A DNA stretch of 64,000 nt from Haliotis rufescens (Eukaryota): the NCBI RefSeq assembly GCF_023055435.1, contig NW_025964361.1, positions 31,062,001 through 31,126,000 on the forward strand, written 5' to 3'. The stretch's first letter is position 1, and every line of letters starts with the position of its first letter. Made by a program: the position numbers and the translations under genes. Shown here in pieces: positions 63,536 through 64,000 of the stretch. Under the pieces are notes generated by a model, which made no database searches, was not told where the DNA came from, and saw only the letters and a program-made list of their open reading frames with translations.

Positions 63536-64000
63536 CTGTCCTCTTTCGAAATGAAACTGTAAATGTTAATTTGATGCTGTTGTGTCTAGTGCTATATAAA
63601 TCATCATATATCTAAAGATGGCATTACAGTCCGTGAGATTACATCTCGTGGTAGACTAATCACCAAGATTCATGTCCACAAACTCGGTCAAAACTGTAAT
63701 TTGGTGATTTTCCCCTTTTCCCCCCATACAATCACACAAACTATTCGAATCGAGATCAACCTTTAAGTTCCTATAAAGCAAGTTTGCCACCACTTTGCGT
63801 AATAAAAATAGCATTGTGTTACCAGTTAATAACAAGAGAGCTTGACAGGCACGCACGACTAGGTGCAGCCAATGTGCATGCAGATGTCTATTAGTGAACA
63901 GCCATTAACAGTAACACAGCACCGGCTCCGTGTGCGATCAATAGCTCAATAGTTCTTTGACAGAAGTAATTATACCAAACAGATCGTTTAGCCAACTTTC

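Overview
Repeat-rich invertebrate genomic DNA with one 237-nt assembly gap (46244-46480). The SINE and Penelope-like repertoire suggests a mollusc, possibly a gastropod such as abalone; this is inference only. Manual exon reconstruction (GT-AG sites, phase continuity, mutual similarity) reveals three paralogous multi-exon genes that the ORF track shows only as fragments: gene A (minus, 9738 to <=809, probably running off the window), gene B (plus, 16243-32290, 23 coding exons, 1016 aa) and gene C (minus, 48043-37577, 10 coding exons, 620 aa). All three share a signal peptide, a ~280-aa two-domain Cys-rich ectodomain with identical intron phases, and a 9-nt Cys-encoding microexon, but their C-termini are unrelated. 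B has a TM helix and a ~680-aa charged tail ending in an ODAD4/TTC25-like motif; C has a TM helix and an Ala/Thr/Pro-rich tail with a poly-Lys end; A shows no TM helix in the window. The remainder is mostly mobile DNA: four SINE families sharing one 3' stem-loop (one lacks a tRNA head and starts with a pseudoknot, a ribozyme candidate), Penelope-like RT remnants, a dead full-length mariner, an R4/Dong-like LINE end, MITEs and minisatellites, one of which is an amplified 5' splice site. Family names are recalled, not database-verified.
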